Shown here: piece by piece, positions 35,800 through 44,349 of the stretch | Layout: each line of letters starts with the position of its first letter | Numbering within the stretch: position 1 is the first letter of the stretch | IMG/VR virus record: IMGVR_UViG_3300021080_000001 | Span: 1 to 51,242 of that record | Origin: a virus | Lineage: Duplodnaviria > Caudoviricetes | Strand: one strand, 5' to 3' | Length of the DNA stretch: 51,242 nt | The notes under the pieces: model-generated | Database searches by the model: none | What the model was told of the DNA's origin: nothing | What the model saw: only the letters and a program-made list of their open reading frames with translations | Made by a program: the position numbers and the translations under genes

Positions 35800-35961
35800 T
35801 TATATACATGAGTCCCTCTGAATCTTGCGCCGCACCCGCTGGCGCTTCTTCGCCGGTTTGCTCTTGGGCTTCGGGCGGTAGGCGAGTACCTCGTCGGCTG
35901 TCATGTTCAATACAGCACGAACTCTGGCAATCACTTCTGCCGGGCTGTAGGGGTGCTTCAT
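35800..35961 (-). CDS. 53-aa basic peptide inside the cassette
   Basis: MKHPYSPAEV...VLAYRPKPKSKPAKKRQR...; resembles small ORFs I recall at IS1595 element ends; ATGA-coupled. Confidence 0.55.
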   Translation of the reverse strand: MKHPYSPAEVIARVRAVLNMTADEVLAYRPKPKSKPAKKRQRVRRKIQRDSCI

Positions 35962-36164
35962 GGACCTTCCTCGCATGAACTTGAATCCTCATATACGAGA
36001 TTTGCCGTGCTTTCCGGAACATGGTCCCATTGCTGGCCGTTCGAATGATAGAGCGCACCATGCTGGTCAACAAATCGTCCTTTCCCCATCCAACCCTTTA
36101 CGAGGCGTATCTCAATCAAATCGCCGCGCCCGTTCCAATAGCGTTTCCCCGCTTCAATATTCAT
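35958..36164 (-). CDS. 68-aa passenger protein inside the cassette
   Basis: ATG 36164 overlaps the transposase-remnant stop. Confidence 0.55.
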   Translation of the reverse strand: MNIEAGKRYWNGRGDLIEIRLVKGWMGKGRFVDQHGALYHSNGQQWDHVPESTANLVYEDSSSCEEGP

Positions 36165-36454
36165 GCGATCAGCCCCGCGTAAGTCAGCCGCTTGCCAGAC
36201 GTGGCCGCGGGAGTTAAGGATATAATTCCCCATCTTATCTTTGCCTCGGGTGCGACGCGCTCCCCTTTTGCTTCAATCTTTTGCTCGTGGCTCATGAGGC
36301 GGCGCTCATCGGGCGATCCACTCCGCGAGCAGCGCGCCCAAGGTGTAGCCGAGGGCGAGGGCGCTCGCGAGCACGATCCCCACGCCCCAGATCCAGACCG
36401 CGTCGAGGGCGTCCTCACGCCGGCGCAGGTGCTCCAATTTCTCGTATTCCCATC

Positions 36455-37198
36455 TCATGGCTGCTCGCGGAGCTCGCGCTCGATGTCCGCGCCCTCGCGC
36501 TCGACCTGGACGCGATGGGCGTGGCTGGGCAGGAACTTGCCTGCGGCCTGCTGCTTCGCGATATGCAGGAAGAAGGCGACCGGGTCCCGGACGGCGTTCT
36601 CGCGCATGACCCCCTCCAGCTCGTCCAGGAGCTGCTGCTGGGAGTTGGAGCTCGGGTTCGCCTTTAGGTAGTGCTCGATGGCTGCGCGCTGGCCGTGGGG
36701 TAGGTTGTGGGGCCAGATCAAATCCGGCGCCGCCGCGCCTTGCCTGTGGATAACTGGGGCCTCGCTGGTAGTATTCGGGACCACCTGGGCGGCGGCGGTG
36801 GGTTCCTTAATGGTTCTTAATGGTTCCGTGTCCCGTTTTTGGGACTGTTTCGCGGAAAAACGGGTCTGTTTGCGCGGAGATTTGGGACCCTTCTCACGGG
36901 CCTGTGAGTAAGCCGTGCGCAACGATACCAATTTCGGGACTGTTATTCTGTACACCTTGATTTGCCGTGTTTTGCCCTCGCGCTCGCCGCTGTCCTCTAA
37001 GATCCCGTCGGCCTCGAGGCTCGCGATGGCGGCGATGATGGTTTTACGATCGAGGCCGGTCTTGTGGATAAGATGCTGGAGCGAGGGCCAGCAGAGGTCG
37101 GTGTCGTCCCGGGCGTTGTCGGCCAAGGCGAGGGCGACCAGCTTCCGGGTGGAGGCGAGGGAGGCCGCCCAGACGTGGGCCATGATGCGGATGCTCAT
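36455..37198 (-). CDS. Replication initiator (N-terminal winged HTH)
   Basis: From ATG 37198: KLV.LALAD.A....CWPS...L...TG..RKTI..AI..LE..G; directly downstream of cro. Confidence 0.8.
   Translation of the reverse strand: MSIRIMAHVWAASLASTRKLVALALADNARDDTDLCWPSLQHLIHKTGLDRKTIIAAIASLEADGILEDSGEREGKTRQIKVYRITVPKLVSLRTAYSQAREKGPKSPRKQTRFSAKQSQKRDTEPLRTIKEPTAAAQVVPNTTSEAPVIHRQGAAAPDLIWPHNLPHGQRAAIEHYLKANPSSNSQQQLLDELEGVMRENAVRDPVAFFLHIAKQQAAGKFLPSHAHRVQVEREGADIERELREQP
36801..36945. other. Probable iteron-type replication origin within the initiator gene
   Basis: GGG(A/T)C(T/C)(G/C)TT units at 36841, 36862, 36884 and 36936 (21-22 bp spacing for the first three), next to AT-rich TTAATGGTTC x2. 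Confidence 0.5.
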
Positions 37199-37389
37199 GC
37201 GCGCTTTGCCTTGCGGTAGAGCGCTGGGTCGACCTTCAGCTTGTCGTTCGTCAGGACCTGGAGTTTGTAGGCGCTGCGCTCGGGGACGACCTCGCCCCAC
37301 TGCTCGACCGCCTGGCGCGTGATGCCCAGCACCTCGGCCACCTTGTAGATGTCGTTGTCGAAGTGCTCGAGGACGTCGGCGGTCTTCAC
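37195..37389 (-). CDS. cro: Cro-family HTH regulator
   Basis: From GTG 37389: K.ADVLEHF....KVAEVLGITRQAVEQWGEVVPERSAYKLQVLTN.KLK.D..LY (P22/N15 Cro-like). Confidence 0.85.
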   Translation of the reverse strand: MKTADVLEHFDNDIYKVAEVLGITRQAVEQWGEVVPERSAYKLQVLTNDKLKVDPALYRKAKRA

Positions 37390-37398
37390 GGCTCGGGT

Positions 37399-37462
37399 AC
37401 TGTACCTGTGTTTTCGGCCGATGGCAAGGGCACTTGCAATGCGCGGATTCGTATGCGATGAT
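37399..37462. promoter_or_regulatory. Back-to-back divergent sigma70-type promoters with palindromic operator
   Basis: Leftward TTGCCA-N17-TACAGT (37427..37399); rightward TTGCAA-N17-GATGAT (37434..37462); GCAAG-N4-CTTGC at 37424-37437. Confidence 0.6.
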
Positions 37463-37510
37463 GGTTTCGTGGCGTCCCGATCCCCGGGGCGTAGAAACTG
37501 GAGATACCTC

Positions 37511-37876
37511 ATGGCCACCCTCGAAAATCGCAAGGACGAAATTCGCACCACCTCGACCAATCACAAACCCGCTACGGCGCTGCCGTTCAAGCTGCCGTTC
37601 ACGTTTGACGGGAAATACGTCTATGACGCTGACGAGCGCGTTGTGGTGCGCTTGCATCCGGGGCAAGACTCGATCTTGCCGTACATCGCCCACGCCGCCA
37701 ACGCCTACCCGAAGCTGGTGGAGGCGCTGCGCGATCCAATGGTTGTCTATGCGCTTGGGTACGTCGCGGAATTTGCTGGCGACGGTGGCGACCACACAGC
37801 CCAGGACGGCGATACCGCTCTGAAGGCACAGCGTCGGATCGAGACCCTTCTGCGCGAACTCGGGGAGGCGTCATGA
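37511..37876 (+). CDS. Hypothetical early protein
   Basis: GGAG RBS; IAHAANAYPKLVEAL motif common in small phage early proteins. Confidence 0.7.
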   Translation: MATLENRKDEIRTTSTNHKPATALPFKLPFTFDGKYVYDADERVVVRLHPGQDSILPYIAHAANAYPKLVEALRDPMVVYALGYVAEFAGDGGDHTAQDGDTALKAQRRIETLLRELGEAS

Positions 37877-38274
37877 GCGCCCCCACCTGCATCCGCTGCA
37901 ATCGCCCTCTGACGAACCCCGCGTCTATCCTCGCCGGCATCGGCCCGGTGTGTGCTGCGCGCCGCGCGATCGAGGACCGTGGTGTCGCTGGCGTGGTGCG
38001 CTCGAAGTTCCGGCTCGTGCGCGTGGACGAGGATATCGTCTGGATCGAGGATATCGGCACCGATTGCTGCTCGGTCACCAACGACGCCGAGGCGGTGGTC
38101 GCCGCGCTCAGCGCCGAGTACGGCGATCGGCGCATCATCTATCGGGATTCGATGGGGGCCTGGGACGAGCTGCAGCACCGGGGTCCGGTCTTCGGCGGCT
38201 TCAAGGCCGCCCGCGACATGTCCCCCGAGGCGGTTCCGACCTATGCGATGCGCTCAGCTGGGGTGCTCTCGTGA
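37873..38274 (+). CDS. DUF6011-like Zn-finger fusion protein
   Basis: C..C.R.LT.P.S...GIGPVC; C-terminal SVTNDAE.VV...IIYRDS.G.WDEL. Confidence 0.7.
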   Translation: MSAPTCIRCNRPLTNPASILAGIGPVCAARRAIEDRGVAGVVRSKFRLVRVDEDIVWIEDIGTDCCSVTNDAEAVVAALSAEYGDRRIIYRDSMGAWDELQHRGPVFGGFKAARDMSPEAVPTYAMRSAGVLS

Positions 38275-38579
38275 GCGCCGCCGGGGTCTTACTGGTCCAG
38301 AAGCTCGCCACGTTGCCGCTTTCGTTCCCGGGCCAGGACCGCTGGCTGCGGGAGAACGGCACGGAGCAGGCGATTCGGCTCTTTGATGAGTTCGGCTGGC
38401 GCGCCGACTGGGTGCGGCTCACCGAGATCGGGGCGTTCCTATTCCCGGATCTCGCGGCGTCCACCCAGCACAACTACACCTTGGCGCTCATCAACATGCT
38501 GGTGGCCGAAGGGCGCGCGACGCGTTCCCCGCAGCTCTTGTACCGGCACGGGAAGGTCTCATTCGAGGTGACGCCATGA
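38271..38579 (+). CDS. Hypothetical early protein
   Basis: Probable GTG start overlapping the upstream stop; coupled to the downstream gene. Confidence 0.55.
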   Translation: MSAAGVLLVQKLATLPLSFPGQDRWLRENGTEQAIRLFDEFGWRADWVRLTEIGAFLFPDLAASTQHNYTLALINMLVAEGRATRSPQLLYRHGKVSFEVTP

Positions 38580-38821
38580 TCAATCGTGCCATGCTACGAA
38601 AGCTGAGCCGGGGCGAGTGCATCGACCTTTCGGAATGCGAGCGCACGCCCGAAGGCTTCTACGTCTTGGCCGAGTTCGAGGAGGACGTGGACTATGCGGA
38701 CGTTCAGGCCGGGCGCTGGATTTGGTCGATCGGTCGGCGCAACACCGATGGGGTCATCCTCGCGTCCCAGGATTCGCTGTTCTACCAGAACCCCGATTTC
38801 ACATGCTTGTTCCTGCGGTGA
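38576..38821 (+). CDS. Hypothetical early protein
   Basis: 81 aa, GAGG RBS, ATGA coupling. Confidence 0.65.
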   Translation: MINRAMLRKLSRGECIDLSECERTPEGFYVLAEFEEDVDYADVQAGRWIWSIGRRNTDGVILASQDSLFYQNPDFTCLFLR

Positions 38822-38921
38822 GCACCGTGAGCGCCCTTTACCACGTGCTTTCTCCGGAGCTCGCCGACTGGGTCGTGCTGTGGGTAGGCCTGCTCGTCAT
38901 GGGCTTGGTCTGGAGGGCGCG

Positions 38922-39281
38922 ATGAGTTTCCTGCGCTTGGTTGAGCGGCAGGATCCCACGCCCGATCAGCTTGGCTCATCGCTCGCCTGGGCCACGGGCT
39001 TCGTCGCTTTGGCCTCGCTCGCGCTCTCCGTGGTCGCGATATGCTGGACGCTGGACGCGCGCGCACAACGTGCTGAGAATCAGAAGCTGCGCGAGGCGTT
39101 CGCGGTCATGCGCGAGCGCTTGAAGTGGTCCTGCGACGTCGATGAGGGCGAGCGGATCATCTGCGCGGTCAAGGAGGGGACGCTGTCGCGGCTCGCGCTC
39201 AGCGAGCGCGATCAGGTCGTGTCGGCGAACGGGCTCGCCTCCCCGCTCGGGAAGGTCGCAAAGAAGAGGGGAAAGAGATGA
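38922..39281 (+). CDS. Single-pass membrane protein
   Basis: ATG 38922 after GGAGG; hydrophobic LAWATGFVALASLALSVVAICW. Confidence 0.55.
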   Translation: MSFLRLVERQDPTPDQLGSSLAWATGFVALASLALSVVAICWTLDARAQRAENQKLREAFAVMRERLKWSCDVDEGERIICAVKEGTLSRLALSERDQVVSANGLASPLGKVAKKRGKR

Positions 39282-39487
39282 AGACGAAGCAGCGTGCCGT
39301 GTTCGGTCTTTGGTCCGACGTCCGGATCGGTGATCTCAATCGGCTACTCAAGCCCTATGGCGTGCGGCTCGTGCTCAAGAGCTCGCGCGACTGGGGCGAT
39401 CAGGTGAGCGTGACCGCGCATCCGCTCGAGACGGACATGTACATCGTCACGCCGGGGATCGGGACCAGATTCGAGGACAAATCGTGA
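39278..39487 (+). CDS. Hypothetical protein
   Basis: 69 aa, overlap-coupled on both sides. Confidence 0.55.
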   Translation: MKTKQRAVFGLWSDVRIGDLNRLLKPYGVRLVLKSSRDWGDQVSVTAHPLETDMYIVTPGIGTRFEDKS

Positions 39488-39738
39488 AGGGCGCCCTCAC
39501 CCCGGTCATGCGGCGTTGCCTCTACAATCTGCAGCGCGAGGGCGGCGTGCTCGAGCGGCGTAGCGAGGGAAAGTGGACCTCTGCGACTCAGCCTAATCCG
39601 CCCGCCTGGACGGTCCCGTCGAATTCGGTCGAGGCGCTCATCGCCCGCGGGCAACTCGTGGTCACCAAGACCCAGCCGACCGGGTACTCGCGTCCTTATC
39701 CGACCCAGTGCGCTCTGGCTGCGGGGGCCCGTGGCTGA
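39484..39738 (+). CDS. Hypothetical protein
   Basis: 84 aa, overlap-coupled. Confidence 0.55.
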   Translation: MKGALTPVMRRCLYNLQREGGVLERRSEGKWTSATQPNPPAWTVPSNSVEALIARGQLVVTKTQPTGYSRPYPTQCALAAGARG

Positions 39739-40879
39739 GCAGCTGCGCGTCACCCGGGCTGAGCGCCACCAGGCGCGGCTGCGCTTTGCCGTGTGTGCGT
39801 CTTCCAACGGCGGGAAGACCTGGACGTCGATCGAGCTCGCCTTTGGCATCGTCGAGGAGCTTATCTCCCGCTCGGTGCTCTCAGGCACCCTCGCCGGGAA
39901 GGTGGGCTTGATCGACACCGAGCGGTCCTCAGCCAAGCTCTACGCTCATCTGGGCCCGTTTGACACCGTGGATCTGGGGCCGCCGTACACCGTGGCCCGG
40001 TATGTCGAGGCGCTGCAGCTCCTGGAGCGCGCCGGGTGCGCGGTCATCATCGTCGACTCGATCTCTCACGCCTGGGCGGGGGTCGGGGGCGTGCTCGCCC
40101 TCCTTGACCGCTTCGAGACGGGCGCCCGGTTCTCTGCCTTCGGGACGGCGGTCAACCCCGCGCAGGACGAGTTCGTCGACGCGATGCTGCGCTCCCCTTG
40201 CCACGTGATCGCGACCATGCGCTCGAAGACCGCCTGGGTGCTGGAGGACGTGGAGAAACGCACGAGCTCTGGGGGGGTGCGCACGGTCAAGGCCCCGCGG
40301 AGGATCGGCATGGCCCCGATCCAGCGCCCGGGGATCGAGTACGAGTTCACGACCATGGTGGATCTTGACACCGACTCTCACCAGGCGCGGGTGGTGAAGA
40401 ACCGCTGCCCGGTTTTCAGCGCTTGGACGCCGAAGGTTCTCACGCGGGAGCACGGCCGGCAGCTCGCCGCCTGGCTCATGGAGGGGGCACCCTCGCCGGC
40501 TGAGCCCATTTCGGGGTCGCCGCTGGAAAGGGCCCAGGCTGTGCACGCAGCGGGCCTACGCGCCTTTGAACGGGCGCAGACGTTGCCTGACCTCGCCGTG
40601 GCCTTCGATGCCGCCCAGCGCGATCTGAGGGCTTTCCCGCCCTCGGTCCCTGTTGAGGAGATTCGGCCCCTGCTCGAGGCGCTCATCGCTGCCAAGGAGG
40701 CGAGGAAGGATGGGCTGCGGCCGAAGTTGAGCCCGACCGGGGATCTGCCGCCTGGCCCGGCCAAGGTTCAGCCCGCGCCCGCCGGCCCGAAGCAGGTGCT
40801 TGACCAGACGATCGAGAAGATCGCCGCGAAACGGGGCGGGTTCCCGTTCTCCGATATGCCCGACGATGTTCCCTTTTGA
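39731..40879 (+). CDS. Sak4/AAA_24-like recombination ATPase with SSB-like C-terminal tail
   Basis: Walker A ASSNGGKT, LIDTE.SS..LY, IIVDSISHAW.G.GG, P.QR.G.EYEF; ends DDVPF. Confidence 0.8.
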   Translation: MAEQLRVTRAERHQARLRFAVCASSNGGKTWTSIELAFGIVEELISRSVLSGTLAGKVGLIDTERSSAKLYAHLGPFDTVDLGPPYTVARYVEALQLLERAGCAVIIVDSISHAWAGVGGVLALLDRFETGARFSAFGTAVNPAQDEFVDAMLRSPCHVIATMRSKTAWVLEDVEKRTSSGGVRTVKAPRRIGMAPIQRPGIEYEFTTMVDLDTDSHQARVVKNRCPVFSAWTPKVLTREHGRQLAAWLMEGAPSPAEPISGSPLERAQAVHAAGLRAFERAQTLPDLAVAFDAAQRDLRAFPPSVPVEEIRPLLEALIAAKEARKDGLRPKLSPTGDLPPGPAKVQPAPAGPKQVLDQTIEKIAAKRGGFPFSDMPDDVPF

Positions 40880-41392
40880 ATGGAGGTCCTGATGGAGTTC
40901 ACCCTGGAGCGCGCGAAGGTGCGCCTGATGCACAAAAACGACCGGCTGGAGAAGCATGGCGACGAGGATGTCCTCGCCTGCGATCTTGATTTCCAGTACG
41001 ACACCTCGAACGCGGTGCTGGGGCAGTTCAACCCGGATCTGCGCACCGCCCTCTATAAGCGCCCGGACTCACCGCAAGGGGAGCTGGTCGAGGACTCCGA
41101 TCACCTGTCGGCGCTGCGGATCCCCGAGCTCGGTCTGCTCAAGCTCTCGGGCAAGAGGAAGGGCGAAATCGTCATCGGGAGCGGCGGGAAGAAGAACCTT
41201 ACCTTCGCCGAGGCCACTTTGACCAAGTTCCGCGTTGACTGCAAGGATGGCGGCACGGTGGTCGTACACTTCCAGGCGCAGGTGCGGCCCGATGAGACCC
41301 AGTCGGGGCGCCTGTCGTCCCTCCTGCAGGACAAGTACTGCGTGATCACGCTCAAGCCCGAGGAGGGTTCGCAGCCCCCTTTGGCCGACTGA
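40880..41392 (+). CDS. Conserved-looking phage hypothetical protein
   Basis: R.EKHGDE...A.D and GGTV motifs. Start probably 40892 after GGAGG. Confidence 0.7.
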   Translation: MEVLMEFTLERAKVRLMHKNDRLEKHGDEDVLACDLDFQYDTSNAVLGQFNPDLRTALYKRPDSPQGELVEDSDHLSALRIPELGLLKLSGKRKGEIVIGSGGKKNLTFAEATLTKFRVDCKDGGTVVVHFQAQVRPDETQSGRLSSLLQDKYCVITLKPEEGSQPPLAD

Positions 41393-41420
41393 CCCGGACC
41401 GCACTCAATCCGTCCTTGGG

Positions 41421-41936
41421 TTGGCCATTCCCCGCTACGCGAAAGACCCCATGAACCGTTGGCAGCGCGGCTATCTGATGCGGACTCTTTCTCCGGCGAA
41501 GCGTCTTGCCTACTACCTGGAGCCAGGGCCGAATGGCTGCGTCGTATGGCGCGGCGATAGGGACCATACGGGCTACGGGCGAATCCGTGTCGCCGGGAAG
41601 CACCTTGGGGCGCACCGTCTCGCTTGGACCGTTGCATTCGGTGCGATCCCGGCGGGGAGGTTCGTTCTACATCGCTGCGATAATCCAGCTTGCTGCAATG
41701 TCGAGCATCTATTCGTGGGGACTCACGCCGACAACATGTCAGACATGGCGAAAAAGGGACGCGCCGCTGCCGGAGCGAATAACGGAGCTGCAAAGCTCGA
41801 TGCAGCCGTTGTTCTGGAAATTCGCATCTCGCCAGACAGTCAACGCAGCATCGCTCGTCGCCTCGGGATATCGAAGTCACTCGTCGGCAATATCCGTCGC
41901 GGCGAAGCCTGGCGCCATCTTCTGGCCCGCCAATGA
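41421..41936 (+). CDS. HNH endonuclease with C-terminal HTH
   Basis: C..W.G....GYG, AHR.AW, VLHRCDNP.C.N.EHL..GT..DN..D...KGR. Confidence 0.88.
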   Translation: MAIPRYAKDPMNRWQRGYLMRTLSPAKRLAYYLEPGPNGCVVWRGDRDHTGYGRIRVAGKHLGAHRLAWTVAFGAIPAGRFVLHRCDNPACCNVEHLFVGTHADNMSDMAKKGRAAAGANNGAAKLDAAVVLEIRISPDSQRSIARRLGISKSLVGNIRRGEAWRHLLARQ

Positions 41937-42145
41937 GCACAGTCGAAGGGAGCCCGGGGAGCCGGGACGTAACTCTGGAGGAGCAGATCGCCTGTGTCGA
42001 GCGGGAGCTCTCGTTCCGGGCGCGGGTGTACCCACGCTGGGTGGCGGACAAGAAGCTCCTGCAGCTGACAGCGGATCTCGAGATGGCGAGGATGCGCGCA
42101 GTGCTCGTCACCTTGCAGGGGCTTCTGGCCCCGAAGCTGTTGTGA
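41933..42145 (+). CDS. Small phage hypothetical protein
   Basis: QI.CVERE...R.RVYPRWV...K...A..E...M.A; ATGA coupling. Confidence 0.65.
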   Translation: MSTVEGSPGSRDVTLEEQIACVERELSFRARVYPRWVADKKLLQLTADLEMARMRAVLVTLQGLLAPKLL

Positions 42146-42557
42146 GGGGGGTCGACGCGGCGGGGATCCACTGGACGGGCGGGGTCGGGATGTTCGCGCT
42201 GCTCGAGCGCCAGATGCTCACCGGCGTATTGCTCGTGGCGCTCGCCCAGTTGGCCTATTGGCTGCTCTCGAGGCGGCGGCCATGAGGCCCTGGTGGGACC
42301 TTCAGCCTGGCGAGCGGCTGCTCGCGATCTCGAGGGATTCCTGGGGCTGGATCCGTCCGCGGTTTAAGACGATCTGCATGGCCCGCGGCGCAGCCGGGCC
42401 CGCCTTATCTTGTCCGCTTCAAAGCCGGAGATCTCGCCTGGCTCTACGACGGGACGGTGTGCTGGCGCGCGCCTGATCTTACCGATCTGATTGAAGGACC
42501 CATGGTCTTGACCCGTCGGGCGCGCTGCTGGCTCGATGAACGCCCGGGCACAACTCG

Positions 42558-43517
42558 TCAGCGATAGACGACGGTCAGAGACGGGCGGTTGCCCGCGAGC
42601 GGGTCCTCGCTGCTGCTGAAGAAGCGGTAGTTCCCGAAGGGCTTCGACGGATCGGAGTTCACCAGCAGGCCGAAGTTCGTGGCGGGGCTGTTGAGCCAGC
42701 CCTGCACGAGGGAGCCCACCTCCCAGGTTTTGAAGCCCAGCGCCTTGTCGATCGCCTTCGTGTCCACAGGTGCGCTGATGTCGGCTTGCGCGAGCGGCAC
42801 GCCGGCGTTGCAGCAGGTGCTCGGGGTCCATGGGTTGACGCCGTCGTAGGTAAAGCCCGTCGCCAGCACAATAACCGGCTTCTTGTTGATGATGCGGTGC
42901 ACGGTGACCGTGTAGGTCGGTTCCGCGTGCGTGTCGCTTTCGATGAGGTTGAGCCGCAGCGTGGCGCTCACGATGGTCGACCCTGCCGGGATGCCCGCGA
43001 GATCGAACGTCATCACGATGGCGTTAGCGATCTTGAGGTCGGGCCAGGTATAGAGATTGAGCGCCGCGGCGGCTGAGTTGTTGACCTGGTCGAGGTTCAG
43101 ATAGGTGTCTCCGGTCGGAGACAGCACTGCGCTTCGCGTGGCCGGCGGAGCCACGGTTGTCACCAGGCGCAGGTTGACCGGCGCGGCTGGGATCGGCGCC
43201 GGGCTCGGGACATCCACGATGAAGGCGACCGTGTTGGAGTCGGGCGAGCAACCGAGCGCCACGGTGCATGCCCGCACCACCGCCGAGTGGGAGCCTACGA
43301 GAGCTGGATCACCGGGCAGGGTATAGGTGCCCGCCGCAAAAGCGGGCAACCCGACGCTGACATAGGCCCCCGCGTCCAGCTTCAGCTCGAAGCGATCCGC
43401 AGCCCCAGCCACGTAGTCCCAGGCGTAGCTGAACTTCCCCTGCTTGACGTGGGTCTGCGCGGCTGCGGCTCCCGACAAGAGCGCAGCGAGAAGCAGCCAT
43501 CTTCTCATGGCGTTCAT
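42558..43517 (-). CDS. Secreted protein: FN3/Ig-like domain plus DNRLRE-like (CBM) domain
   Basis: Signal peptide MRRWLLLAALLSGAAAA; DTYLN, FDL..IP.G.TI.SATLRL, V.GW......NFGL, F.SSE.....RP.L.V.Y. Confidence 0.7.
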   Translation of the reverse strand: MNAMRRWLLLAALLSGAAAAQTHVKQGKFSYAWDYVAGAADRFELKLDAGAYVSVGLPAFAAGTYTLPGDPALVGSHSAVVRACTVALGCSPDSNTVAFIVDVPSPAPIPAAPVNLRLVTTVAPPATRSAVLSPTGDTYLNLDQVNNSAAAALNLYTWPDLKIANAIVMTFDLAGIPAGSTIVSATLRLNLIESDTHAEPTYTVTVHRIINKKPVIVLATGFTYDGVNPWTPSTCCNAGVPLAQADISAPVDTKAIDKALGFKTWEVGSLVQGWLNSPATNFGLLVNSDPSKPFGNYRFFSSSEDPLAGNRPSLTVVYR

Positions 43518-43548
43518 TTCCAGCTGCAGCCCTTGGCAGCGGTACAGG

Positions 43549-43899
43549 TTATGGTGTCAGCCTGAGTCCACTGGGTGCGGGCGGGAGGCCCGACAAAGGC
43601 GGTCGCACGAAGGCTAAAGGGAGCGATTTCACGGATTCGCCGCCTCCTCCCCACACGGGGTCCGGGGCTGCGGTCGTGGTCACCGCCGCGTTGTGCGACC
43701 CGACGGCTAAAGCCGCGAGGTCGAACTGGCACATATTGCCGGTAGCGGGCGCGCTCGCCACGACCACGGGCACCGTCACTCCCGGGACCGCGTCCATGTA
43801 GAGCGTGCAGAGCGTTCCGGTCACCGGATTGGTAATCAGAAACGGCGCGCCGCGCGCAAGCGAGGCGAGCATCACAAGAGCCAGGGCAAACCATTTCAT
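43549..43899 (-). CDS. Small secreted Ig-like protein
   Basis: AGGAG RBS; signal peptide MKWFALALVMLASLARG; Cys pair; ES.KS.P..F.RP...P..P.GLRL. Confidence 0.7.
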   Translation of the reverse strand: MKWFALALVMLASLARGAPFLITNPVTGTLCTLYMDAVPGVTVPVVVASAPATGNMCQFDLAALAVGSHNAAVTTTAAPDPVWGGGGESVKSLPLAFVRPPLSGLPPAPSGLRLTP

Positions 43900-44142
43900 G
43901 GGGTTTCTCCTTTCAAAAAATCCTTCGCACGCACAGCATCGTTTCCGTTGCCGACAGCCCCTTCCTGGCGCACTGGAAGCCGATGAGAAGCGCGAGTGCT
44001 GTGATCTCGCGCTTTTGCTTCTCGCTTTCGACAATCCAGGATTTGAGCAGGTCGGAGCTGAAGGGGATCTGCGTTCCTTTTCTGAACCGGCGATAGGGCT
44101 TCGCCGCCCGGGGGGTCGTTTGCACTTCGAGCCCGGCCTGCT

Positions 44143-44346
44143 CTATGCGGGCTTCGAGTCGTCCGGCAGGCTGTCGATCGCCTTGTCGCGCGCCTGCACC
44201 GACTCAGCGTACATGGCGTCCAGGATCGAGGGGATCTGCTCAGGGGGCACGCCTTTCACGCGCTCCTCGACTTTGTTCCATTCGATCTTGGCGGTCCCGA
44301 GCATGAAGGCGCCGCGCAGCAGTAGGATGATGAGTTCTTCGGCCAT
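44143..44346 (-). CDS. Small protein of the lysis region
   Basis: 67 aa with hydrophobic N-terminus, following the lipoprotein. Confidence 0.55.
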   Translation of the reverse strand: MAEELIILLLRGAFMLGTAKIEWNKVEERVKGVPPEQIPSILDAMYAESVQARDKAIDSLPDDSKPA

Positions 44347-44349
44347 GGG

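Larger units (their letters stand above)
35795..36230. mobile_element. Non-autonomous IS1595-family cassette
   Basis: 22-bp TIRs at 35795-35816 and 36209-36230 (18/22); 8-bp direct repeat CATCTTAT at 35787-35794 and 36231-36238; transposase C-terminal remnant GKRLTYAGLIA*. Confidence 0.85.
35675..36295 (-). pseudogene. 58-aa Cys-containing gene interrupted by an insertion cassette
   Basis: Removing 35795-36230 and one target copy restores MSHEQK...KIR/CRARGGGSPCHWPRCEC...KAKK* in frame. Confidence 0.7.

Noticed and set aside
36455-37795. 446-aa ORF as a single protein
   Set aside because: The N-terminal part overlaps cro and the divergent gene; the recognisable initiator begins at ATG 37198.
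42282-42566. Possible frameshifted gene at the end of the early operon
   Set aside because: A +1 frame reads protein-like but has no start or slippery site, and I recognise no family.
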